NCBI GenBank assembly: GCA_963514005.1
Contig: OY740813.1
Location: forward strand, 17,174,001-17,238,000
Origin: Raja brachyura
Taxonomy: Eukaryota
Direction of reading: 5' to 3'
DNA: 64,000 nt
Program-made: the position numbers and the translations under genes
Shown: in pieces, positions 24,987-37,225 of the stretch
How the letters are laid out: every line of letters begins with the position of its first letter
How positions within the stretch are numbered: position 1 is the first letter of the stretch
Notes under the pieces: model-generated
The model's input: only the letters and a program-made list of their open reading frames with translations
Database searches by the model: none
Told to the model about the DNA's origin: nothing

Positions 24987-26522
24987 AAAATGAGAAGAGT
25001 GATTTCAGTCATATCTTCAGATACAAGCGTGTGGATTAGGTACTTGGATCTCAATGTTTGAAAGTGCTGGAAGGGTTCTTTTCTACCAATAAAGCAAGGG
25101 CAAGCTTACAATTCTGCTCAGCCTTTGGTTAGCTCAATGTTTAGGTAGATAGCATGAAGTAGATGTAAAGGGTACCTGGATGTGGAACTGTTGTGCACCA
25201 GTGATTTACATAATGTTCAAGTTTTAAATTTAAAACATTACAGCAGCTTAGCAAAAATAACTGACACACCAATATTTAGAGTCACTTGGCCATTTAAAAA
25301 AAAAAATCTTTATTAAAACCACAATATTATTTGCTACCACAACATTAAAGCAAAGTGTGGAGCTGCACAAGATCAGATTTCACATCCATTTTGCAGACCT
25401 GCATTTATTGATATATATTTGGACAACTAAATTCCTGTGAAGAACATTTTGATAAACTGCTTGCAGAAAAACACCCCATTCGACTTAAATTGCATTGGCA
25501 GGGCAACTGCTGCTGAACACAATTTGTTGCAATTCAGTCTACTGGTATAAATGTAGCTTTTGAACATCTCACGCAGTGACAAAGAGCTAATTGTGATTGC
25601 TTCACTTTCTTGGTGGCGAGTCCAAAATTTGGATGAAGAAAGGAAATTACCTAACCTGGTGCCAGAACGGTGAAGGACCATTTCCCACCTCGTTAAAGGA
25701 TTGTAAAAGAAAATTCCAGTCAGTTTGTTGGAGACTGTGACTGAGAAAAAGCATCTCGCTAATGTACATTGCAAATGACACCACATCCGCCCATTACCAC
25801 CTTTTCCTGAGCGTGTTGGGTCAATGGTGTAGACATATACCAGTGCTCCATCAACAACTCACTGGTATTCTCAGTCTTAAGGCATGCCATTAAAATGAAG
25901 GAAACATACACAGGGATTTATGCAGCAATTTTATGCAATGGACTGCCATAAATCTAATCACTGAATGCTAATAAATTTCTGTTTCACAAAATAGTCAGCT
26001 AGTCCAAACACCAACGAGGTTTTTAAATCTCAACTTTAAAAAGCACCAACTTTTTAAAGTGTTTTTCTTTGCTGAAGATACCTGTTTCTCAGTCAAACCT
26101 AAGACAAATAGTTTCATCGAGTAATCAAGATTTAAACTAGGGTAACAGACCACCACATCGAAAACTCCCATGTTCATTAATCCCATCACCCAGCATCTAG
26201 TCTATCCTCTTCTCTGCTGGGGCAATTCAAGCACTTGTTGAGATATTTCTCAAATGCTGTCAGCTAATCTGCTTCAACCACTCTCTTGGACAGTGCATTC
26301 CAGCTACTCGCCACTCAGGGTAAAATACAGTAGGTTCCCCCATCAGATCACTTCAAAATCTCTCACCCCCTTACCCTGAATCCATGTCCTGTAGTTTTAT
26401 GTACCTCTGATATTGGGTTGAGGTTTCCGGCAGACCATCCTATCTGTACCCCTCCTCATTTTATATACCATTGCTCCTCTGGCAGGACTCTTGGCAGAGA
26501 TACACAAATCATCATCAACTGG

Positions 26523-26870
26523 GGAGTCACAGTGGTGCAGCTGCTGGTAGAGCTCCAAAGACCCAGGTTTGACTCGGACCTTGAGTGCTGTTTGTGTGGA
26601 GTTTGCACTTTCTTCCTGTGACAGCGTGTTTTTTTTTTTTTTTTCCTCCGATTTTCTCTGTTTTTTTTGCGACGGTTTTCTCCCACATCCCAAGGACGTG
26701 CCAATTTGCTGGGTATTTGGCTTCTATCAATTGCCCCTGATGTGTGGGCAGCGAATGCAAAAGTGGGATAACATAGAACTAGTGTGAATGGATGATTGTT
26801 GATTGGTCTCAACTCAGTGGGCCGAAGGGCCTGTCTTCATGCTGTATCTCTAAACTAAACTAAACTAAAC
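26523..26870 (+). mobile_element. HE1-type SINE with T-rich internal insertion
   Basis: Head, body and (CTAAA)n tail. Confidence 0.88.
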
Positions 26871-27476
26871 GGGTGAGTTGGCGGAAGACTATGTGTTCCT
26901 ACAGACAGCTATTTTTCTCATAACAACAACCGTCTTAGGGTTAGGGGGTGATATGAACATTGCTTCCCTTCATAAACTGTTGCTGTTGAGTCTTTTATTT
27001 CCACCTGACGGGACAGATAGTAATTGCAATGGGTGTGTCCTGTCTAGGTGTGTCAGCCTGGATTGCCTACACTCAAACCTCTGGAGTGGAAACCCAACCC
27101 ACAATCAGAGATGGATATAAAAGGAACTGCAGATACTGAACTATTGAGCAAAACACAAAGTGCTGGAGTAACTGCAGAAAGCACATTGTAAGTCTGGGTC
27201 AGAACACTCACATCGAGAGAGAAGCAAGAATCCTAGAGGGGGAGTAATGAATGAATTAATACGTTTATTGGCCAAGTATGTACACATACAAGGAATTTGC
27301 TTTGGTGCTCCGCTCGCAAGTAACAACACAACATACAGTAAACCGTTAAGAATAAAACATAAAATATTAAAACATTAATAATAAAACATTATAGTTTAAA
27401 CATGTGAATGAAATAAAATACCAGAGCAAAAGGAGGCTATAGAATTTTGGTTATTGAGTAGAGGAATGAGGGCAAT

Positions 27477-27547
27477 CACAATGAGACTTGAGTCCAAACA
27501 TAATGAAACTTGAAGGCAAACACAATGAGACTTGAATGCAAACACAA
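27477..27547. repeat. Short tandem repeat, about 23 bp x3 (CACAATGAGACTTGARTGCAAA)
   Basis: Visible directly in the sequence. Confidence 0.8.
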
Positions 27548-28059
27548 GGCCACCACAGGGACACTGTAGTTATCACAGTGATACTCACTCTCGGGGCTAG
27601 GCTGAACTGCCATGTCAAGTCAAATCTATTGTTATATATGCACTAGTACGTTGGAGTACAGGTACAATGCAAATGTTGTCTGCATTTGTATCGCAGTCAC
27701 ATGGACTCAGACATTCACAAAAACATATATACATTACACATGCATTCTTCAAGAAGTTGAAAGCAAAAGACTGTGCAAAAAACAAGACATTAGCCTTTCC
27801 TTCAGTTACAGCGCTGCAAGACTTTTTGTGGCTGCTGCTTTGTTTCTGACTCATGCCAACTAACAAGCCAATGAACAGGGATTGAGTATGAAATCCTCAC
27901 TGGACATTGTGTCAAGAAGCAACATTGCAATCTCACTATACAGATCGTGGGTTCAACATTGGTCCTGGTATTGGGATTGGGATTGGTTTATTTTTGTCAT
28001 GTGAACCAAAATAAACTGTATATATGTAAAAAAAGCTGTATGCATTGCTCTCCTGTCAA

Positions 28060-29177
28060 ATGATAACATATATATATGGTAGTATAAGCCAAAAATAACA
28101 TAATACATTTCATGTACCACTTCTTGTTTTAAACTTTAATAATGGGAAAGTAACAGAAGGAAGAAAAAGAGAAATAGAGAAGGTTAGATAAGATAGTAAG
28201 TATGTGAGAAAGTGAAAAGAAATAGCCCTTAAAGACGTAGAACGTGAGGAAGAATTAAAAAATAAATAAATAAATAAAATTAAAATAAGATAAAGGGGAT
28301 GTACCTACTTCATATCTTTACACACCCCTCACCAGGTCCTGAAACTATTTACAAAGTTATGTTGCACCTTATGCTTGTAATAAGTCAATAAATGGCGACC
28401 AAATCTTTAAGAATTGGTCTGATTTGCCTCCTAGGACGAATCTCATGTCTTCGAGGTGTAACATTTCGGACATATTTGAAATCCACATTTTTACCGTTGG
28501 TGTGGTAGAGTTTTTCCAAAATTTAAGTATGAGTTTTTTTGCCGTTACTTAGCCATAATTAAGGAAACTCTTTTGGAACGAAGTCAGCTCAAAGCCGGCT
28601 TCCATTGTTCCAAAAATAATCAATTCTGTGTTCGGTTACAATTTTATTTTAAATAATTTTGTAAAAATTTCAAAGATTTCATTCCAAAATGTTTGGATTT
28701 TTATGCAAAAAACAAAGGAATGTGCTATAGTTGCATCTTGAGATAAACATTTATCACAAGTCTTGAGACTTATCTTGAGATAAACATTTATCACAAGTCT
28801 TGAGACTTATCTTGAGATAAACATTTATCACAAGTGGGGGAAACATTGGGAAACATTTTACTTAATTTAGTTTTTGAATAATATAATCTGTGTAGGATTT
28901 TAAATTGGATTAAAATATGTCTTACATTGATCGAGCATTTATGCACATATAGCAAGTGTTTATCCCAACTCTCTTTCGGGATTTTTATAGATAGTTCTTG
29001 TTCCCAATCTCTTCTAATTCTATAGGATGATGGTATTCCTATATTTAGGATGATATTATACAAGTATGATATTAAGTTAGTTGAGTTCATAGCTCTGGAA
29101 TCAAAGTTTGGTATTCTTGTGTATGTTTTTTCAAATAATCACAGATTTGAAGATATTTAAAATATTGATTGCTTCTC
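28060..29177 (-). mobile_element. L1-clade LINE 3' fragment (ORF2 C-terminus with zinc-knuckle region, plus 3' UTR)
   Basis: ORF 28791-29090: WEQEL...IQFKILHRLYYS...CDKC, continuing HSFVFCIKIQTFW. Confidence 0.85.
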
Positions 29178-30399
29178 AGATTGTATTTAAGTTGTAGTTG
29201 TTGGAATGATAACATATATGAGAACAATCAAGCCAAACATAATTACAACAGGGAGAAAGGGAAAAATACTGAAGATAGTTTTCCAGCATTATAGAATTAC
29301 AGTTGCAGAGAAAGTGCGGATAAAACAAAGTGTAAAGGCACAGTGAGGTAGGTTGGGAGATGGGGACCACACTCTTGGCTTATGGAAGGTCCATCAGTAT
29401 TCTAACTACAGCAAGGAAGAAGCTGTTCCTTAATCTGATGTCACACTTTCAAACTTCTGTATCTCTGTCTGACAGGAGAGAAGAGGGAAAACATGTTCCT
29501 TGATTATGTTGGCTGCTTTCCTGAGTCAGCGTGAAGCGTGGACGGAATCATTGGGGGGGGGGGGGGGGGGGGGGAGGCTGGCTTGTGCCATGAACTGGAC
29601 TACAATTATCAAAAATTTCTTACGATTTTGGGCTGAGTTGTTGCCAAGAACATCCACCATCCACAAAACCAATGTAAAGCACAAAAGTCCCATTCACAGT
29701 GCCTGGTGTGACAAAGGATGACAGAGAATGAGCACAGGCTTGCCACAGGGTATTAACTGTGTCAGAAGCAAAAGAGGTTAGAGCCAAACCTAGTGTTCCT
29801 GAACCCCGTGAAACAAAGGCTCCTGGAGTCTCTGTCTAAGCCAGCAGTCTGCTACTAAATACCTTGCACATTACATCACTTGGCTACTTCTGTGGTTCAG
29901 TTACATGCAATGGATTCCCTCACGTAAATTGCATTGGATTTCCTATGTGGTGGTCTGAGCACTTACATCCCACCATCGGGAATATGTGTTGGAATCCCCA
30001 GGGATCCCCGGGGCTGGCTGTCAAGACACATTTCAGGCAGTACAGCAATTTATTTATACACTGGTAAGCTAACCCACAGAGGGATATCGTACCTACCCTT
30101 GGAAATATAACGTCTGAGGGAGTTGTGCACTGACTTTTAACATAGATTAAACTGAATCAGACAGATTGATTACAGTGCCCCAGACAGTATAAGTGTCAGA
30201 ACTCAGCAAGTGTTGATAGCAATGTAGTTACAAGCCATTAATACTTCCCTTTCAAAGATTAATCATTTTCTACTTCTGTAAATTAACTTACAAAGATTAT
30301 GTTCTTAACAAATGGGAGCAGAGGGCAAGTCTGTATGGAATTAATTCAGGACAGTGGATTATAACGCTATTTGGAGCTGTACAGTCATAGATCCGTTTG

Positions 30400-31070
30400 A
30401 TGTGTGGGGGTGTCAGAGGTTACGGGGAGAAGTAAGAGAATGGGGTTAGGAGGGAGAGATAGATCAGCCATGATTGAATGGTTAAAACCAATTTTAAACG
30501 TCGCCTATCTCCTTCGCTCCTTAGATGCTGCTGTACCCGCTGAGTTTCTCCAGCTTTTTGTGTAACCCCCGGTGGAGTAGACTTGATGGTTTGAATGGCC
30601 TAATTCTCCCCCTAATCACTTATGACCTTATGACCTTATCTATTGAGTCATGGAGTCATACAGCATGGAAACAGGGCATCTGGCCAAACTTGCTCATGCT
30701 AACCAAGATGTCCCATCTATGCTAGTCCCACCTGCCTGGTTTTGGCCCATATCCCTCTAAACCTATCCATGTACAGCCATAGAGCATTTCAGCAAAGAAA
30801 TGGGTCAGAAGACCTAATTTGTCCATGGCGACCAAGTTGTCCATCTGAGCAGATCCCACTTGCCTGCACCTGGTCCATATTTCTCTAAACCTTTCCCATC
30901 CATGTACCTGTCCAAGTATCTTTTAAATATAATCGTAATCTGGTAATTCATTCCATATACCCACCTCACGCTTAAAAAAAATCCTCCTCTGGTTCCTTTT
31001 GTTTCCCCTTTTACCTTAAACCTATGCCCTCTCGTTTTAGACTCCCCTACCCTAGAAACAAGACTTTGGT
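30400..31070. mobile_element. Cluster of CR1 3' ends (+ then -), with a Penelope piece inserted at about 30482-30570
   Basis: CR1 tail GATCAGCCATGATTGAATG...GGAGTAGACTTG is split by GATGCTGCTGTACCCGCTGAG. ORF 30814-31077 KTRGHRFKV. Confidence 0.8.
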
Positions 31071-31576
31071 TATTCAATCAGCTTGTTGTTTTTCACTTCA
31101 TTTGGCTTGTTTAGTTTATTTAATGATAGATGGCTCACTGCCTTTCAAGAAATAAACATTTTAACAGACTTGTTGGTTTCAACATTGGCACTAATGCTTT
31201 TGAATCCAAGACTTGTGCTTTGAGTCCCAATTTGGAAATTTGAGTGTAAGATGCACGGCAACGCACAGCGCAGAGTCGAGGGAGTGTGTGACTGTTTGAG
31301 GCACTGACTTTTTCTCAGGGTTATAAGCCAAACAATGTCTGCCCTCTCAGGTGGAGGTATAATTCCATCACGACAAGAAGATGAATCGCCCTGTTGAACT
31401 GGGTGATATTTGTCCCCAACCGACATTATTGAAAAAGATGATTTTGACACGGTCTCTTAGCAACTTGTGTAACCTTACTGTCCACAAGTTGAGTTTTATA
31501 AATTATACAATGGTTACAATTCAAAAGATTCAAATGATTGCAAGAGGCAAAGACGTGTTCTGGTAGCCTGGTGTTA

Positions 31577-32410
31577 TAGAAACATAGAAAATAGGTGCAA
31601 GAGTAGGCCATTCGGCCCCTCGAGCCTGCACTGCCATTCAATATGATCATGGCTGACCATCCAACTCAGTATCCTGTACCTGCCTTCTCTCCATACCCCA
31701 TGATCCCTTTAGCCACAAGGGCAACATCTAACTCCCTCTTAAATATCGCCAATGAACTGGCCTCAACTACCTTCTGTGGCAGAAAATTCCAGAGATTCAC
31801 ACACAGAAAATTCCAGAGATTCACACACAGAAAAATGTTTTTCTCCTCTTGGTCCTAAAAGATTTCCCCCTTATCCTTAAACTGTGACCCCTTGTCCTGG
31901 ACCTCCCCAACATCGGGAACAATCTTCCTGCATCTAGCCTGTCCAATCCCGTAAGAATTTTGTAAGTTTCTATAAGATCCCCCCTCAATCTTCTAAATTG
32001 TAGTTAGTACAAGACGAGTCTATCCAGTCTATCTTCATATGAAAGTCCTGACATCCCAGGAATCAGTCTGGTGAACCTTCTCTGTACTCCCTCTATGGCA
32101 AGAATGTCTTTCCTCAGATTTGGAGAACAAAACTGTACACAATACTCCAGGTGTGGTCTCACCAAGACCCTGTACAACTGCAGTAGAACCTCCCTGCTCC
32201 TATACTCAAATCCTTTTGCTATGAATGCTAACATAACATTCGCTTTCTTCACTGCCTGCTGCACCTGCATGCCTACTTTCAATGACTGGTGCACCATGAC
32301 ACCCAGGTCTTGTCGCATCTCCCCTTTTCCTAATCGGCCACCATTCAAATAATAGCCTACTTTCCTGTTTTTGCCACCAAAGTGGATAACCTCACATTTA
32401 TCGCACGTTA
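31577..32410 (-). mobile_element. CR1 LINE 3' fragment
   Basis: DLGVMVHQSLK...LYRVLVRPHLEYCVQF...EGVQRRFTRLIPG. (TTCTATGT)n tail. Confidence 0.95.
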
Positions 32411-32440
32411 TGAAATATGCTAAATATATATTTGCTTGAG

Positions 32441-33300
32441 GGGCAGCATGGTGGCGCAGTGGTAGAGTTGCTGCCTAAAGGGCCTGTCCCACCAGCATCC
32501 AACTCCATGCGATGAGCGTGATCAAACTAGAAGCGGGGGCCGCGCGGAGGTCGGGTGATCCCTGTACAGGGCCGTTCCCACCAGCATGCGCCTGCATGCG
32601 GCAAGCGCGACCAAACCGGCAGCGAGGGCCGCGCGGAGGTCGGGTGAGTGGCGCAATGCGGCGCAAACTTGGAGCGAAGTCTTAAAGGTAAGTTCGCCAG
32701 GACAGAGAGGGGCACACAGAGAGGGGCACCGAGGCACACACACAGAGGGCCATGGAGCCACACACAGAGAGGGTCACGGAGGCACCTACAGAGAGGGTCA
32801 CGGAGGCACGACGTCGAGACGGTGTGTAATGCGTCGAGGCAACTGCGAGCCGACAAGCCGTTGCCGCGCGGAATGTTTGAACAGTCAGTTTTTCGGAGCC
32901 CCGCGGGATGTCGGGACGAGCTCCGCACGGCTCCGGTGATCGAAGTGGGACCGGCCCCGCGACGCCGGACGGCTCAAGCGACCACGTTAGGTCGCGGTCA
33001 TCGCATAGAGTTACATGCTGGTGGGACAGGCCCTTTAGAGTGCCAGAGACCCAGGTTTGCTATTTGTATGAAGTTTGTGTGTTCTCGCTGTGACCGCGTG
33101 GGTTTTCTCTGGGTGGTCCGATTTCCTCCCACACTCCAAAGATATACAGGTTTGTAGGTTAATTGGATTTGGTAAAAAAAATTGTAAATTGTCCCCAGTG
33201 TGTAGGATGGCACTAGTGTACTGGGGCGAAAGTTGGTCAGCGCGGACTCAACGGGCCGAAGGGCCTGTTTCGGCACTGTATCTCTAAAGTCCAAAGTCTA
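32441..33300 (+). mobile_element. HE1-type SINE, split by a MITE
   Basis: Head at 32441-32478; the body resumes at 33035. Confidence 0.88.
32479..33034. mobile_element. PIF/Harbinger-like MITE nested in an HE1 SINE head
   Basis: TIR AGGGCCTGTCCCACCAGCAT...ATGCGATG, flanked by TAA and TTA. Splits the SINE motif gctgcc-TTA-cagcgccagagac. CpG-rich, with internal repeats. Confidence 0.88.
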
Positions 33301-33564
33301 TATTACACTTACTTCAGTAAATATGGCTACATAATGTGCAATGTGATGGTAGGCAGAAGACTTAATTAAGCAGGTAGCTCGACATCTCTTGGGTTTCACT
33401 TATTCAGCGGAAAAGGGTGAACTACAAGTCCTGGCGTCTCAAGCAACGGAAGCAGAATATCACTAATTCCATTACAATATTCAGGAGGTCCTGTCGGTGA
33501 CTTTGGTTTCACTTTACACATGTAGAAACCTCTTGAGATTGTTGGACTATTAAGGAAGAAATCT

Positions 33565-33865
33565 TTAAGGCCACAGTCCTAGAATAAAGGCAAGGTCATT
33601 TAAGACTTAGGTGAGAACAAACTATTTTACCCAGAGAGTTGTGAATTTATGGAGTTCCCTGCCACAGAGGGCAGTGGAGGCCAAATCACTGGATGGATTT
33701 AAGAGAGAGTTGGAGAGAGCTCTAGGGGCTAGTGGAGTCAAGGGATATGGGGAGAAGGCAGGCACGGGTTATTGATAGCGGACAATCAGCCATGATCACA
33801 ATGAATGGCGGTGCTGGCTCGAAGGGCCGAATGGCCTCCTCCTGCACCTATTTTCTATGTTTCTA
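33565..33865 (+). mobile_element. CR1 3' end
   Basis: GGCCACAGTCCTAGAATAAAG...CCTATTTTCTATGTTTCTA. Confidence 0.9.
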
Positions 33866-34599
33866 AATCAGAAATTTAAATTGTTTGGGTCACTTAAAGC
33901 TTCTCCAGAATCTCAAATGTCACTTCATTGATGTGGGTAAAGTAGTGTTGGCTTTTAAAGAGAAACTGTCCAAACCATGTTTCATTCTCTTGTGCTCAGT
34001 GTCGACTTAACGGTTTCTTTCGTATTTAGAGCGTTATTTATTTAGATCTGTTAGTAATCTCTGTTAAATTGTGTCTCAAATATTACAAAGTGACTGACCT
34101 TAGTTTGGTTTGCATTTTGACCTATTTTGCGGAGTGATTTTCTAGCCTGAACTCAAGGGTGGTTATGTTCTACAGAAAAGCATTAAAACAAAATACTGTG
34201 TGAAGCTGGAAATCGAAAATAAGAGCAGAAAATGGTGGAAGTGTTTTGCAGGTCCAATGGCTTCTGTGTGGAAACAGACACAGTTGTTCTTCATCAATGA
34301 TTTTTCATCAGAACTTTGGGGGAGAGATACACTGATTTTACTACTCATGTAATAAATCCCTGCACTTCCGAGGAAAAACAACATGCTCTGAATTGATTGT
34401 TGAACTTCTCTGGTCAAGAGTTGTTTGTTTATATTTCATAGACTTGGCGTTGAAAAGCCAAGTCTCCAATCTTGGTGGTGATTATTTGGCTTCTGAGGGA
34501 GGATGACCTTAGTCTTATGATCTTACCGGAATGTTGAACAAAATTCCCAATGTAACCTCAGGAGACGCCACATCTGCCCTTTCAATTCCTCTCTCCTCC

Positions 34600-34770
34600 T
34601 CATCCACACACTCCTTCCAGCTGAGGCAGTGACTTGCTTACACTTCACTGTGCCTAGTGTTCACAATGTGGTCTCCAGTATATTGGAAAAAGCAAACTCA
34701 GCTTGGGTGACCTAATTGGAAAGTGCTTGAGTTCAGTCTACAGGGACCCTCTCAAAGCACATGTTGCCAC
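34600..34770 (+). pseudogene. Penelope GIY-YIG endonuclease relic
   Basis: TCACAATGTGGTCTCCAGTATATTGGAAAAAGCAAACTCAGCTTGGGTGAC translates as SQCGLQYIGKSKLSLGD (C-G-x-x-YIG motif), preceded by HSFQLRQ. Confidence 0.65.
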
Positions 34771-34830
34771 CTTGGATTGGATCTCCTATGTGGTGGTCTG
34801 TGCACTTGCATCTCACCATAGGGAATAAAT

Positions 34831-35889
34831 TAGATTAGATTAGATTACCTTTATTGTCATTCAGACCTTCCGGTCTGAACGAAATTTCGTTGCCTGCAGT
34901 CATACAAAAATTCAAAATAACTTAAAAATAACAAAAACACACAAATTTAACATCCACCACAGTGAGTTCAGCAAACACCTCCTCACTGTGGTGAAAGGCA
35001 AAAGTCTTAGTCTTTGTCTCCTTCCCTCCTTGTACTCCCTCTGCGCTGAGGCGATCCAGGCCTCTGGTGTATTGTCCCTGCCGGGTGTTGGTACCGCTGC
35101 CGCCACCGGAACGCCGGAATGCCGCCGCCGCTCCAAATCGGGCCGCCGCCTCCACCGGAATGCCGCCACAGCTCCAGGCCGGTCTGCCGCTCCAGGCCGG
35201 GACGCCGCCACCGGAATGCCGCCGCCGCTCCAGGCCAGGACGCCGCTCCAGGCCGGGACGCCGCCACCGGAACGCTGGAATGCCGCCGCCGCTCCAGGCC
35301 GGGACGCCACCACCGGAAACGCCGGAATGCCGCCGCTCCAGGCCGGGACGCCGCCACCGGAATGCCGCCGCCGCTCCAGGCCGGGACGCCGCCACCGGAA
35401 TGCCGCCGCCGCTCCAGGCCGGGACGCCGCTCCAAATCGGGCCGCCACCACCGGAACGCCGGAATGCCGCCGCTCCAGGCCGGTCCGCCGCCGCTCCAGG
35501 CCGGTCCGCCGCTCCAGGCCGGTCCGCCGCTCCGCCGCTCCAGGCCGGTCCGCCGCTCCAGGCCGGTCCGCCACAGCTCCAAGTCGGGCCGCCGCCGCCA
35601 GGCCAGGTCAGTCGAGCCACCGCCGCTGCAGCGAACGCCGCCCGAGGCCGTCAGCTCCGCCATTAGGGCCTCAGCGCAGACGGAGACAGGGGGATACAAC
35701 AAGAAAAGGTTGTATCCCCCCGAAGGAAGGGACTAAGCCCTGTTTCTCCCACCCCCCCCCCCATACAATCTAATAAACTAACTAAACTAACATAAACTAA
35801 ACAGACATAAACAAAAACAAACAAAAAAAAAGAAAAAACAGACGGACTGCAGGCGAGTCGCAGCTGCCAGGCAGCGCCGCCACTTCCGG
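34831..35889 (-). mobile_element. Non-autonomous retroposon with GC-rich VNTR core and LINE-like tail
   Basis: TAAAT at both ends (34826-34830, 35890-35894). Flanks rejoin to match 29935-30000. 5' CCGGAAGTGGCGGCG; 3' TGACAATAAA plus (TAATC)n tail. Confidence 0.8.
35095..35600. repeat. GC-rich minisatellite built from GCCGCCGCTCCAGGCCGG / GACGCCGCCACCGGAAT modules
   Basis: Modular tandem repeat visible directly in the sequence. Confidence 0.95.
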
Positions 35890-35997
35890 TAAATGTTGGA
35901 ATCCCCACGGTTCCCTTGAGGCTGGGTGCCAAGCACAAGGGGAGATTGGGGGGGGGGGGGGTAAATTGGATGTGGAAGGAATTGGAGAAGGGAGTAA

Positions 35998-36686
35998 TAG
36001 AAAATAGACAATAGGCAATAGGTGCAGGAGTAGGCCATTTGGCCCTTCGAGCCAGCACCGCCATTCAATGTGATCATGGCTGATCATCCACAATCAGTAC
36101 CCCGTTCCTGCCTTTTTCCCATATCCCTTGACTCTGCTATCTTTAAGAGCTCTATCTAACTCTCTCTTGAAAGCATCCAGTGAATCGGCCTCCACTGCCT
36201 TCAGGCAGAGAATTCAACAGATTCACAACTCTCTGGGTGAAAAGGTTTCTCTTCATCTCCGTTCTAAATGGCCTACCCCTTATTCTTAAACTGTGGTCCC
36301 TGGTTCTGTATTCCCCCAACATCAGGAACATGTTTCCTGCCTTTAAAATGTCCAATCCCTTAATAATCTTATGTCTTTCAATAAGATTCCCTCTCATCCT
36401 TCTAAATTCCAGTGTCGACAAGCCCAGTCGTTCCATTCTTTCAACATGTGGCAGTTCAGCCATCCCGGGAATTAACCTCGTGAAGCTACGCTGCACTCCC
36501 TCAATTGCAAGAATGTCCTTCCTCAGATTTGGAGACCAAAACTGCACACAATATTCCAGGTGTGGTCTCACTAGGGCCATGTACAACTGCAGAAGGTCCT
36601 CTTTGCTCCTATATTCAACTCCTCTTGTTATGAAGGCCAACATGCCATTAGCTTTCTTCACTGCCTGCTGCACCTGCATGCTTACA
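35998..36686 (-). mobile_element. CR1 LINE 3' fragment
   Basis: KKANGMLAFI...RPHLEYCVQFWSP...FTQRVVNL. Confidence 0.95.
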
Positions 36687-37225
36687 ATTGGGGATGAGTG
36701 TAAAAGGACGGAGGGGAGTGGGGGCAAGTAAAAAGGTGACAAGGGTTGGGGGGGAAATGCCTGGTTGAGGGTGGGTGGGGGTGAGTTGGGGGAAGGTTTA
36801 ATGTGATGTGCTTCTGAAGACCACCAGTCCCAACTTAATGTGTTGCTGATGTCAGCAAAGAGATTATTCATGGTCTTATATATTTGTTCTACGAATAGAG
36901 TGATAGGCTAGAGCGGAACTCTACTTGCAATGGGTCTCCAGTGATCACAGTCTGACACTGGCCTCAGGCTGGCAAATGCACTGAGTGTGGAGAGGATTGG
37001 ATGAGGTGGAGTGAACGGGTAATTTTATTTCGGAGTCACGTGAGTGATTCCGTGAAGAAGAAGCCCGCCAGTCGGCATGACGTCTGACGCATGGCGCAGC
37101 GACCGGCTGCGAAGAGCAGCGCTCCTCCAGCGGTAAGTTTTAAAAAGCCTCAGGTAAGTGTCAAACTTGTTGGAGGTCGATTTTCTGCGCTTGTTAATTC
37201 TTGTTACACGAGGGCAAGTTCAAGC

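Noticed and set aside
32475-33157. Several GC-rich ORFs
   Set aside because: They lie inside a MITE and SINE and show no recognisable domain.
34912-35773. Six overlapping 200-260 aa ORFs
   Set aside because: Artefact of a stop-poor GC-rich minisatellite that is open in all frames; the products are low complexity.
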